Below the pieces are notes generated by a model that did no database searches, had not been told where the DNA came from, and was given only the letters and a program-made list of their open reading frames with translations. DNA of 64,000 bases. Origin: Somniosus microcephalus. Its lineage: Eukaryota. The translations under genes and the position numbers were made by a program. Each line of letters opens with the position of its first letter. The stretch's first letter is position 1. Where the stretch lies: NCBI GenBank assembly GCA_052327205.1, contig CM126209.1, forward strand, positions 258,230,001 to 258,294,000. Direction: 5' to 3'. This document shows positions 1-10,809 of the stretch, piece by piece.

Positions 1-586
1 TTTCCAGCATCAACACTGGCAGCTTCTCGTCCCCACTGCGGGTCTCAATGTCGAGGGCGAAGTACTGGTTTCCAACCAGCCGATAGTTTTGCAGCGAGTT
101 GGTTCCAACGTCCGGGTCGTGCGCGCACTCGAGGGGGAAGCGCGCACCCGTCGCCGCCACTTCAGAGATTTCAAGGCGGATCTGGCTCTTTGGAAAACTG
201 GGAGCGTTGTCATTTACATCCCGAATCTCCACTTCAACTCGGTAGACGTTCAAAGGATTTTCGATCAGGGCCTCCATAGGCAATATGCAAGTGAGGCTCG
301 ACCCACAAAGCTGTTCCCTGTCAATTTTTTCCTTCACTAACAAAATCCCATTGTCCAGATTTACGGCCAAATACTTTTTCCTGGGACCGGGCACAATCCG
401 AAAATTCCGAGCTGCGAGCTCTTTCACATTTAAACCCAAATCGGCGGCGATATTCCCAACAAAGGCGCCCAGTTGCAATTCTTCAGGAATCGAGTAACGG
501 ATCTGTCCCGAAACCAGTGCACAGAAGCGGAATACACAGTACAACAGTTGCCATTTCATTAAGCAATATATTCTATTATATCCCAT
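1..586 (-). CDS. Clustered protocadherin variable exon V1, partial (signal peptide, EC1, part of EC2; runs off the left edge)
   Basis: Manual translation from ATG at 586: [47 protein letters not shown], collinear with the other paralogs. It is missing from the ORF track because no stop falls inside the window. Confidence 0.9.
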   Translation of the reverse strand, partial: MGYNRIYCLMKWQLLYCVFRFCALVSGQIRYSIPEELQLGAFVGNIAADLGLNVKELAARNFRIVPGPRKKYLAVNLDNGILLVKEKIDREQLCGSSLTCILPMEALIENPLNVYRVEVEIRDVNDNAPSFPKSQIRLEISEVAATGARFPLECAHDPDVGTNSLQNYRLVGNQYFALDIETRSGDEKLPVLMLE

Positions 587-788
587 TTCCAGCGAAAAAC
601 ATTTCAAATGCTTCAGCGCAGCACTGCTCCGTTCGCTAATTCGTCTCACTATACTTCTTTATATATCATTTTAACAGAGCTATAATTTGCAAAAATACCT
701 GCACTGTCTGAAAAGCCTGACATTATTTGTCCCAAATGTTCTTATTTCTTCTAAAATCATCCATAGATGCAGGTTCAAATCCTAATAT

Positions 789-1002
789 AGCGTTACGCCG
801 CTTGCTGTCCATTTTTACACTGTAGCTGATCTTACGTGATGGTGGATGGGGAGGGAAAGGGGGATCTCCAGACAACTTCGAGCTTCTGATTGGTGAACGT
901 ATGCATGTTCACATTCGACCAATCGCTGCCCGAAGCATTGCTTAAAGCTAGAACGGCCTTGTGAACTTCTGCGTAAAAAGCAATATTTATGGTTGTGCAA
1001 TC
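789..1002 (-). promoter_or_regulatory. V1 promoter module: CSE/CTCF-like element, inverted CCAAT pair, TTAAAGCT and TTGTGCAAT blocks
   Basis: Sense strand TACAGTGTAAAAATGGACAGCAAGCGGCGTAACGCT about 200-240 bp upstream of the ATG. ATTGG at 889-893 and CCAAT at 919-923. The same block order recurs upstream of all ten exons. Confidence 0.7.
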
Positions 1003-1329
1003 AAAAATATTTCCAGCCCTTTCCTTCAATATTTTAAATTATTTTCCCTATTAAACATTTTTTTTAAACTATGGGGCAGAATTTGCTGTCAAAATAACGG
1101 CACGGCTAATGGCGCGCGACGTTATTTATGGGTAAATGGTACAGCAATTTCTGGCGAGGAGCAGTTTAATGTGGATGTGTTAACCATACGCCACTTTTGG
1201 AGGACACCATACAAAACACACTTCTGGAGATTGTGTGTTAGGTAGAGTGATTCAAACAGCGATTTATCATTTCTACTGTCATAAGGTATTGATGTTTGTG
1301 TCTGTAATAATGGATTTCATTGTAACCTA

Positions 1330-1816
1330 TCCTAACTCACACCAAGTCTCGTTCACCCATCTCCCCTGTGCTCGCTGACCTACACTGGCTCCTGGTTAAG
1401 CAGCGCCTCGATTTCAAAATTCTTATCCTTGTTTTCAAATCCCTCCATGGCCTCGCCCCTCCCTAGCTCTGTAATCTCCTTCAGCCCCACAAACCCCCCG
1501 AGATATCTGCGCTCCTCTAATTTTACCCTCTTGAGCATCCCTGATTATAATCGCTCAACTTTTGGCGGCCGTGCCTTCTGTTACCTGGGCCCTAAGCTCT
1601 GGAATTTCCTGCCTAAACCTTTCCACCTTGTTACCTCTCTTTCCTCCTTTAAGACACTCCTTAAAACCTACCTCTTTGACCAAGCTTTTGGTCACCTGCC
1701 CAGTTTCTCCTTATGTGGTTCGGTGTCAAATTTCTTGTCTTAAAATACTCCTGTGCAGCGCCCTGGGGCGTTTTACTACGTTAAAGGCGCTATATGAATA
1801 CACATTGTTGTTGTTA
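1330..1816 (+). mobile_element. L2-clade LINE 3' fragment
   Basis: Encodes LHWLLVKQRLDFKILILVFKSLHGLAP and GGRAFCYLGPKLWNFLP...FKTLLKTYLF, typical of an L2 ORF2 C-terminus. Ends in AGGCGCTATA followed by a (TTG)n tail. Confidence 0.8.
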
Positions 1817-2079
1817 TTTTGCAATGCATCTTAAAAATAAGTTTATGCAGTACAACAATTAACACTATAAATAGCATGGATTAATTATAAAGGCAGTGGT
1901 AACCGAGCCTCTGGCTTTGAGCCTGGCCCAGAGATGCTGACCAAGAATTTAAATAGCGAGGAATATTGATAGCCTATGTAGGTATCTCTCTCATGCTCCA
2001 CGTGTTGAAATCCATAAGTCGACATGTGTACATCCGAATCAAACATATTTTGATTTCCGCCTTTAAAAGGGCGTCTCAC

Positions 2080-4539
2080 CTCGCTATTAACAGTGTTTCT
2101 ACAATTTGCAGAATTCGATGCCGGCGGCGAGTCTTCCTTCCCAATAGGGCCGGCATTGGTGTTATTCTTGCCAGCAGGTGAACTGTACATGTTGCGAAAC
2201 ATGAAGTCTCTCTTGACCGTCTCTGAAGTTGAACACGTCTCGTAGCGGAAACTCTGAGAAAGCGGGTCGCCCCCGAACACTTCAACGTAGTTCGGAGGTA
2301 TCTGAAGGCTCCGACTGGCCTTTTGAGTTCTTGCCTCTAAGCAGCAACACGTGCCCTGGCAAGAGGTACCCTCATCAAAGCCGAGTCTGTTTCTGTGAAC
2401 CTTAACGGCGAGGATGACTAAAATCACTAGAAAAATGACCGAAATTAACCCCAAAGATATGACTAAGTAAAAGCTTGTACCCGAAGCAATAGCAGGCCCT
2501 TCAGATAAACTGTCCACCTCGGATAACATTTCTCTTTTACTTTCTTCCACTGATATAATGATGGTCATTGTAGCTGACAGCGATGGCGCCCCATTGTCTT
2601 TTACTACAATGACCAACCTTTGCTTACTGAGATCCTTGTCCACGATGCCACGGATTGTCCATATTTCCCCTGAGTCCGATGAAATAGTAAAAAGTCCAGG
2701 GTCGGTGGCCAGAAAAATCTGGTAAGTGAGGCGAGCATTCTGGCCAGAGTCCGCATCGGTTGCGGTTACTTTAGCAACCAGGTAACCTGGCTCGGCGAAC
2801 CTGGATACAGTCTCCAGCGCCGTAGACCCGTACTCTGGTAATGGGTGTGCGATGACTGGGGCATTGTCATTTTGGTCCAGGGTAATAATGTCTACTGAAA
2901 CGTTGCTCGTCAGCGGTACAGTCCCAGAGTCCTGTGCTCGTACCTGGAGCTGAAAGTTTTTGAGCTGTTCGTAGTCAAAAGTTCTCCGAGAATATATGAC
3001 GCCAGTTTCTGAATTAATATGCACATAAGCGGATATTGGCAAGTCCTGATCCCGGGTTTCCAGGATGGAGTAGGACAGTCGAGAGTTCTGGTTTAAATCT
3101 GGATCAAAAGCTGTCACCGAGAAGATGGAAGACCCAATAACGTTGTTCTCCATCACGTAGGCTGTGTACGAAGGCTGCGTAAAGCGGGGCGCGTTATCAT
3201 TGATATCGGAAACCTCCACCCGGATGGATTTCTTGGATGTGAGAGGAGGGGTTCCTCTATCACTACATACGATTGTAACGTCGTACTTTGAGACATTTTC
3301 GCGATCGAGCGGCTGCCGAGTGAGCAATCTGTAATAGTTCTTCAAAGAAGAATCTAGTTTGAAAGGAGAGCCACTTGCAATTTGGCATTGGACCTGCCCA
3401 TTATCGCCCGAGTCTTTGTCTTCCACATTGAACAGGGCCACCACGGTCCCAGGCAGGGAGTCTTCACTAACAGGGCTGAACATAGAAGTCAAAGTCACCT
3501 CAGGCGCGTTATCATTGACATCAGTAACGTTCACCAGCACATCACAGTACACAGGGATTGCATGTGAACCCCTGTCCATCGCCTGGACGTTAATCTCAAA
3601 AATGCTACTTTCTTCATAGTCCAAATCTCCTTTGATCCTAATTTCCCCAGTTCTGGAATCCACACTAAACAGTTCGCGGACTCTGGCAGCGGCATGGCTA
3701 CTGAACGAGTACACAATCTCTCCATTGGGACCATCGTCTAAGTCAATAGCGTTTAGTTTGATTACCAGAGTTCCTTTGGGTGCATCTTCCGACAGCCTCA
3801 CCCTATAGACTGACTGTGGGAACACGGGCGCGTTGTCGTTAGCATCCTGCACTATAATAAGTATCTGAGCCGTTCCAGATTTTTCAGGGATCCCCCCGTC
3901 CTTGGCAATTAGCACTAACCTGTGGATCGTCTGCTTTTCTCTGTCCAGGGGCCTTTGCAGCACTAACACTGGCAACTTGCCATCTCCACTGCGCGACTGA
4001 ATGTCTATTGTGAAGTGTTCGTTCGCGACCAGCTGGTAGGTTTGTACGGAGTTGATTCCAACGTCCAGATCCTGCGCCGACTCCAGGGCAAAACGCGCTC
4101 CTTGCACGGCCACCTCTGAGATTTCCAAGCGAAATTGGCTTTTGGGGAAACTGGGAGCGTTGTCATTTACATCCGAAATCTCTACTTGAAAATGATACAC
4201 GTTCAGGGGATTTTCGATCACGGCCTCTAAGGACAGTTTGCATGTGGGGCTCGAGCCACAGAGCTGTTCCCGGTCAATTTTCTCCTTCACAAACAAAATC
4301 CCATTGTCCAAATTTACATCCAGATACTGCTTCCTGGGACCAGACACAATGCGAAAACTGCGAGCTTTGAGCGATTTCACGTCTAAACCCAAATCGTCTG
4401 CGATATTCCCAACAAAGGCGCCCAGTTGCAATTCTTCAGGAATTGAATAGCGAATCTGTCCCGAAACCAGCACCCAGGAGGATAGCACACAGTACAAAAA
4501 TGACCATTTTAACAGCCAATATATTTTAGAATATCCCAT
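2080..4539 (-). CDS. Clustered protocadherin variable exon V2 (820 codons to the splice donor)
   Basis: ORF 1885..4560 begins at TTG; first in-frame ATG is 4539. Six cadherin repeats (DRE, DxNDNAP, AxDxG), EC1 C-x5-C (CGSSPTC), TM FYLVISLGLISVIFLVILVILAV, donor GAG|GTGAGA at 2080/2079. Confidence 0.95.
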
Positions 4540-4747
4540 TTCCCGCACAAAGCATTCCAATTACTTCAGCGCGACACGCCATTCAGTAATTCCTTGGAAT
4601 AAGATGCCTTATAAACCATTTCTTAACGAGAAAAAGGGACAACATTGCATAAAGATACCTGTATTTTTCCAAAAATCACTGAGATTTCGTTCGAATCTTC
4701 TTATTTCTTTTAAAATGACCAATGTATGCGAATACAAAACCCGATAC

Positions 4748-4957
4748 AGCGCTACGCAGCTCGCTATGCGGGTTTTACACTGCATCTGTTCGTACGTAAT
4801 GGTGGATGGGGAGGGAAGGGGGCAGTCAAGATCTCCAGACACATTTCAGCCTCTCATTGGTGAACTGGCGCTCAACCAATCACCATACAGAACATTTCTT
4901 AAAGCTGGACTGTCTCTGTAAGCCTCTGTGTGATAGTTACATTTATCATTGTGCAAT
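4748..4957 (-). promoter_or_regulatory. V2 promoter module
   Basis: Sense TGCAGTGTAAAACCCGCATAGCGAGCTGCGTAGCGCT. ATTGG 4856-4860, CCAAT 4876-4880, then TTCTTAAAGCT and TTGTGCAAT. Confidence 0.7.
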
Positions 4958-5189
4958 CTAAATTTCTCCCATCTTTTCCTGCATTATTTTGGAAATTTCC
5001 TTTCCTCTGCCAAACTTTAGTAGATTTTCTAAGGATCACTTCTTCGGATCCCATTTAAAAAAGATTAACTTATGTTACCGCTTTACTTATGAGGCATTAC
5101 GTTACTTGACTCAAGCCTCAGAAGACCCTGCTTCATGCTCCCTTTCAATACAAATTACCAGGATCTTATTTTGGAAACTTGTAACATTT

Positions 5190-6620
5190 AATTACCATCG
5201 CCAAATCCCCCACCCTCAACATCCTGGGGGTCACCATTGACCAGAAGCTTAACTGGACCAGCCACATAAATACTGTGGCTAAAAGAGCAGGTCAGAGGCT
5301 GGGTATTCTGCGACGAGTGTCTCACCTCCTGTCTCACCAAAGCCTTTCCACCATCTACAAGGCACAAGTAAAGAGTGTGATGGAATACTTTCCACTTGCC
5401 TGGATGAGTGCAGCTCCAACAACACTCAAGTAGCTCGACACCATCCAGGACAAAGCAGTCCACTTGATTGGCACCCGATCCACCACCTTAAACATTCACT
5501 CCCTCCCACACTGGCACACTGGCTGTAGTGTGTACCATCTACAAGATGCACTGCAGCAAGGCTTCTTCAACAGCACCTCCCAAGTCCACGACCTCTACCA
5601 CCTAGAAGGGCAAGGGCAGCAGACGCATGGGAACGCCACCACCTCCAAGTCACACACCACTCTGACTTGGAAGTATATCACTGTTCCTTCATCGTCACTG
5701 GGCCACTGGCCCAGAAATTCGGGTCTCCACGGGTGAGTACGCACGGGGTACTCACCCGTAGGCCCAATGGAAGTGCCGGTTTCCTGCATGCACTGCGCAT
5801 GCGCTGGAAACCGGCACTTCCATTCCCCTGAACGAAGGGGTTCAGAGGTCGAATGCGTGCGCGGGAGAGGCTGCGCGTGCGCATTGAACTTACGTTTTTA
5901 TTGCAGGTTTTCCCAGGAGGGTACGTCTCCAGGAGTTACACTTTTAAAAAGCAGGCAAGGTAAGTGGTGAATTAATTAAAATTAAAACATTTTTTCCACA
6001 GGTTTATTATTTTTAAATACTTTAAACAAGGGTAAGTTTATTTTTAGCCCCGTTAGATAATAAAATTATTTTTTTCAAAAATTTAAATTATTGTTCAAAA
6101 TAGTTATTTCATGTAATTTATAGTTTATTTAAAAAATGTGATTTAAAAAAAAATTATTTGAAGATTTAGTGGTGTTTTGTGGCCCGTAGTATTTCTAAGT
6201 TTTGACAGCTCTTCCTGTCAAACTTATGAATGGAGCATTCCCTGCTCTGATTGGCTCCCCATGGCCCACATGATCCCAGGGGACGCATCGAACTAACTGC
6301 GCCCCTGGGATATGCAAGCACTGCATGTCGGCAGCTGGAGCAGGCCCAGGATCGGAATTCCACGGGGGCCCACAGCTCAACGGCCGGCGCGCAAGGTAAG
6401 TGCAGGTCGGGGGCTTGCACCCACGGGAAGCCCCTGAACCAAACTTCTGGGCCATTATCCTGGAACTCCCTACCTAACAGCACTAGGTTGGTACCTTCAC
6501 CACACGGACCGCAGCGGTTCAAGAAGGTGCCTCACCACCACCTTCTCAAAGGCAATTAGAGATGGGCGATAAATGCTGGCCTTGCCAGCGATGCCCGCAT
6601 CCCATGAACGAATAAAAAAA
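5190..6620 (+). mobile_element. CR1/L2-group LINE 3' fragment, split by a MITE at 5708-6453
   Basis: Reads ILGVTIDQKLNWTSHINTVAKRAGQRLGILRR...IYKAQVKSVMEY with an internal stop. Resumes after the MITE with TCCTGGAACTCCCT and ends in GGCAATTAGAGATGGGCGATAAATGCTGG plus an A-rich tail. Confidence 0.75.
5708..6453. mobile_element. Non-autonomous TIR element (MITE), copy 1
   Basis: Ends GGCCCAGAAATTCGGGT...ACCAAACTTCTGGGCC (imperfect TIR), flanked by ACT/ATT. Interrupts a LINE. Second copy at 14344-15087. Confidence 0.8.
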
Positions 6621-7164
6621 CTCTCCACTGATTCCATGTAATTACATATTCTGTTGACTGATTTCTGATTTGAGTCTTTCCCTGAGAAAAATGTGATTTT
6701 ATTATTGTCCATAGAAATGTAAATCCAACACTAGAGCTCATGGCAACAATATGGAGTACTGTCAACAGAGCACTGATACTTAATAGTTATAACCTCACAG
6801 ACCCTGGTGAAATACCATTATAAGCAATATTTCGTTTTTTACTTCTAATAAAGTATAGATAATAGCATATTGAAGGCGGTGCGTTAGGTTTGTGTGATTG
6901 TGATTTATCCACACATACTTCTCTAACTGCCACAATCAACTTAATGGTAAAACAATATGAACGCACCGAAGCACAAAATATTGAATAGCACAGGAGCTGG
7001 TCCAGGAATAGCGACTGGGAATTCAGATAGCAAAGGAATTGACAGGACTGACTCTTTGGCATCTCCTAAATCCGATCTCCATAATCGATAGGCTTTCAGT
7101 GAACATTTGTACATCCAAATCAAACCCATGAGGTGTTCTTTTCGCCCTCGAATAAGAACCTCAC

Positions 7165-9615
7165 CTCATTATTTACAGTGATCTTGTACTGCGCAGAGTT
7201 TGGCGTTCGTGGGGTATCTCCATTCCCCAAAGTGCCACTCGGGACGTTATTCTTACGGGTAGAGGTATTGCACTTGTGGGAAAAGGTGAATTCTCTCTTG
7301 GTGGAATGTGAAGTTGAGCAGGTATCGTAGCGGAAACTCTGAGAAAGAGGATCACCCCCAAACACTTCAACATAGTTGGGTGGTATCTGCAGGTTTCTGC
7401 CGCCTCTTTGAATTCCATGCAGCGAGTTTCTCGCTGTAAAACAGCCACACGTGTCTAGAGAAGAGCTTCTGTGGACCGTAATAGCGAGGATAATCAAAAT
7501 CACCAGGAAAATGGACGAGATGACCCCTAAAGTTATGACCACGTAAAAGCTGGTATCCGAAACGAACCCGGGGTCTTCAGACAAACTGCTTACATCGGAG
7601 AGCATTTGTTTATCGGTTCCCGCCACAGACAAGATGAATGTGGCTGTGGCTGTAAGTGGCGGCGATCCGTTGTCTTTAACACCGATTACCAACCTTTGCT
7701 TAGCGGCGTCATTATTCACAATGCTGCGGATTGTCCAGATTTCGCCCGTGTCTGGGGAAATAGTGAAGAGGCCAGCGTCAGTAGCTTGGAGAATCTGGTA
7801 GGTAAGCCGAGCATTCTGGCCTGTGTCGCCATCAGTAGCAGAGACTTTGGCAACCAGGTAGCCTGGCTCTGCGAACCGGGATAAGGACTCTGACACCGTG
7901 GAGCCGAACTCGGGCAATGGGTGCACGATCACGGGGGCGTTGTCATTCTGATCCAGGATAATTACATCCACTGAAGTGTTACCAGAAAGTGGTGCGACGC
8001 CAGAGTCCCGGGCCTGAACTTGGATCTGAAAGTTTTTGAGTTGCTCGTAGTCGAAAGTTCTCTGAGAATATATGACCCCGCTGCGCGAGTTAATAGAGGC
8101 GTAAGTGGACACGGACTTGCCCTGAATCGAAGTCTCTAAGATGAAGTAGGACAGGCGAGCGTTCTGACTTAAATCTGGATCGAAAGCAGTCACCGAGAAT
8201 ATGGACGCGCCGACAGCGTTGTTCTCCATCACGTAAGCTGTATATAAAGGCTGCGTAAAGTGTGGCGAGTGGTCATTTATGTCTGAAACCTCCACGCGGA
8301 TGGTTTTGTTGGATGTGAGAGGAGGGATTCCGCCATCAGTGCATACGACAGCGACGCTGTAGTTTGACACACGCTCGCGATCCAGCGCCTCCCGGGTAAC
8401 GAGCCTGTAATAGTTATTTGAGGATGAATCTAGTTTAAAAGGAAGTTCATTTGGGATTTGACAATGCACGTGTCCGTTTCCCCCCGAGTCTTTGTCTGTT
8501 GAGCTGATCAGCGCCACCACAGTCCCGGGGAGGGAGTCTTCGCCGATAGGACTGAATAAAGATGTTAGTGTCACCTCAGGTGCGTTGTCATTCACATCAA
8601 CTATGTCAACCACCACATGACAATACACAGGGGTTGCGTAGGGACCCTTGTCCTTTGCTTGTACATTAATCTCAAAAACACTGTTTTCTTCATAGTCCAA
8701 ATTCTTTTTAATTCTGATTTCACCAGTTTTTGAGTCCAGCCCAAACAGTTCACGGACTCGATTCGAGGTATGACTGCTAAACGAATACACTACCTGCCCA
8801 TTGAGACCAACATCCAAATCAGAGGCGTCTACTTTGATCACCAAGGTTCCTGTGGGTACATTCTCCCGCAAGCTGACCCTGTAGACCGACTGGGGGAAAA
8901 CAGGCGCGTTGTCGTTGGCGTCCTCCACTGCAATCAATATCTGAGCAGTGCCAGATCGCTCCGGGATCCCTCCGTCCCTTGCAATTAACACTAACCTGTG
9001 GCTGTTTTCCTTTTCTCTGTCCAGAGGTCTTTCCAAAACCAAGACCGGCAGCTTTCCGTCCCCGCCGCGCGTCTCGACATCCAGGGCGAAATAGTCGTTG
9101 GCCACTAGCTGGTAGCTTTGCACGGAGTTGCTGCCAACGTCCGGGTCGTGCGCGCACTCCAGAGCAAAGCGCGTTCCCGGGGCAGCCACCTCCGAGATTT
9201 CCAGACGAAACTGGCTCTCTGGGAAACTCGGAGCGTTGTCATTCACATCCAGAATCTCCACCTGACAATGGTACACATTCAAGGGATTTTCGATCACGGC
9301 TTCCAGGGACAACGTGCAAGTGAGGCTCGGCCCACAGAACAGTTCTCTGTCCATTTTTTCCTTCAAAAACAGAATCCCATTGTCTAAATTTACGTCCATA
9401 TACTGCTTACTGGGACCAGACACAATCTGAAAGCCGCGAGCCGAGAGCTCTTTTATATCCAAGCCCAAATCCTCTGCGATATTCCCAACAAAGGCACCCA
9501 CATTCAGTTCTTCAGGAATCGAATATCGTATCTGTCCAGAAACTGGTTCCCAGGAAGAGATGATACAATATAAAAGTTGCCATTTCAATAACCAATATAT
9601 TTTACAACACTCCAT
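7165..9615 (-). CDS. Clustered protocadherin variable exon V3 (817 codons)
   Basis: ORF 7120..9648, first ATG 9615. Six EC repeats, [29 protein letters not shown] motif, donor GAG|GTGAGG at 7165/7164. Confidence 0.95.
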
Positions 9616-9826
9616 TTCCAGCACAAAGCATTTCAAGTGATTGAGCACAACGCGGCGTCGTTGAATAATTCCTGGGAAAAAGAGTCCATTATGTTTCCAT
9701 TTTAACTAAAACGGCTAGATTGCCTAAAAAAACAAACGCACTTTTAAAAAAATCGGCGTAATTATTTCTGACAAACCTTCTTATTTCTTCTAAAATCGCC
9801 TTGGCTGAATGTAGAGAAGCTAATGT

Positions 9827-10041
9827 AGCGACACGCAGCTCGACCCAATGTTACACGGTATCTGGTCGTATCTAATGGCGGAAGGGGAGGGTAAGGCAGT
9901 AAGGATCTCCAGTCGCATTACAGCTTCTCATTGGTGAAAAGAGGCTGACTTTCATTCAGCCAATCACTGCACTGAGCATTTCTTAAAGCTGGACTGCCTT
10001 CCTAAGCCTTTGCGCAACATTTACATTTATTGTTGTGCAAT
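9827..10041 (-). promoter_or_regulatory. V3 promoter module
   Basis: Sense TACCGTGTAACATTGGGTCGAGCTGCGTGTCGCT (CGCT core). ATTGG 9930-9934, CCAAT 9960-9964, then TTCTTAAAGCT and TTGTGCAAT. Confidence 0.7.
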
Positions 10042-10809
10042 GTAAAATGTAACCGGCCCTTTCTTTCACTATGTTGGAGTTGCTTTCACTCTGTGACAAC
10101 TGATGATTACATTTTGAAGTAGATTTGAGACTTCATTGACACTTTATCAGAGCACTGATCAAACGATACACTACACTGAAAGCGTCATTGATGACCCATT
10201 TGTTTGATTCACAAAGCTCAGGTTTTCTGATTCATTTCTCCATTAAACATGTCTAATTCACTTGCACATTGCCTGTAATTATATCCGGCAATGCTACATG
10301 ATGTGGCTATCTGATGGCTAAAATACAATCGAGAGAAAAATAGGAAGTGTGAATTTTAATGAACTCTCCCTGAAAAGAAAAAAACATTTCAACGTGTTGC
10401 AACGGGATCTTTGCAATTGTGCTAGTACCCCATATTATGGACTTTGGATTCTCAACTGAAAAATGGGAACAGGAATGAAAAAATGCTGTTAAAGACAATT
10501 ATCGAGGCAATTGCAATCTTTTATATTTAGTCTTATAACCTACAGATGTTTTAGCTACAATAGTGATGCACCTAAACTAGCTTATGGTCCACTGTGTTGT
10601 AATGGGCATGCAGTACAGTGGCAGCTGCAACAGCTATTTAACTGTTAACGAATGTTAAAGTAACTATTTGACACTGCACATCTGGGCCGGTCTGTAAATG
10701 ATGATAAAGTATTACACAATAAGTAAAACAAGAGTTCTAACTCCCTGATACTGTTCTATCTGCATTTGTTCGATTAAGATTGACTTGTCTTTCCAGTCAG
10801 GCGCCTCAC

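Noticed and set aside
1885-2079. 65-codon C-terminal extension of the V2 ORF
   Set aside because: It lies past the conserved GAG|GTGAG donor and has no counterpart in the paralogs, so it is intron read-through.
2240-2265. LSQSFRY as a WIRS (WAVE-complex binding) motif
   Set aside because: The residue two before S-F is Ser, not the required bulky hydrophobic residue.
4540-4560. ORF-track N-terminal extensions from TTG/GTG (MECFVRE, MGCFTLE, MNQRRR...)
   Set aside because: These are artefacts of alternative-start calling on eukaryotic DNA. The downstream ATG gives a normal signal peptide. A non-AUG start cannot be fully excluded.
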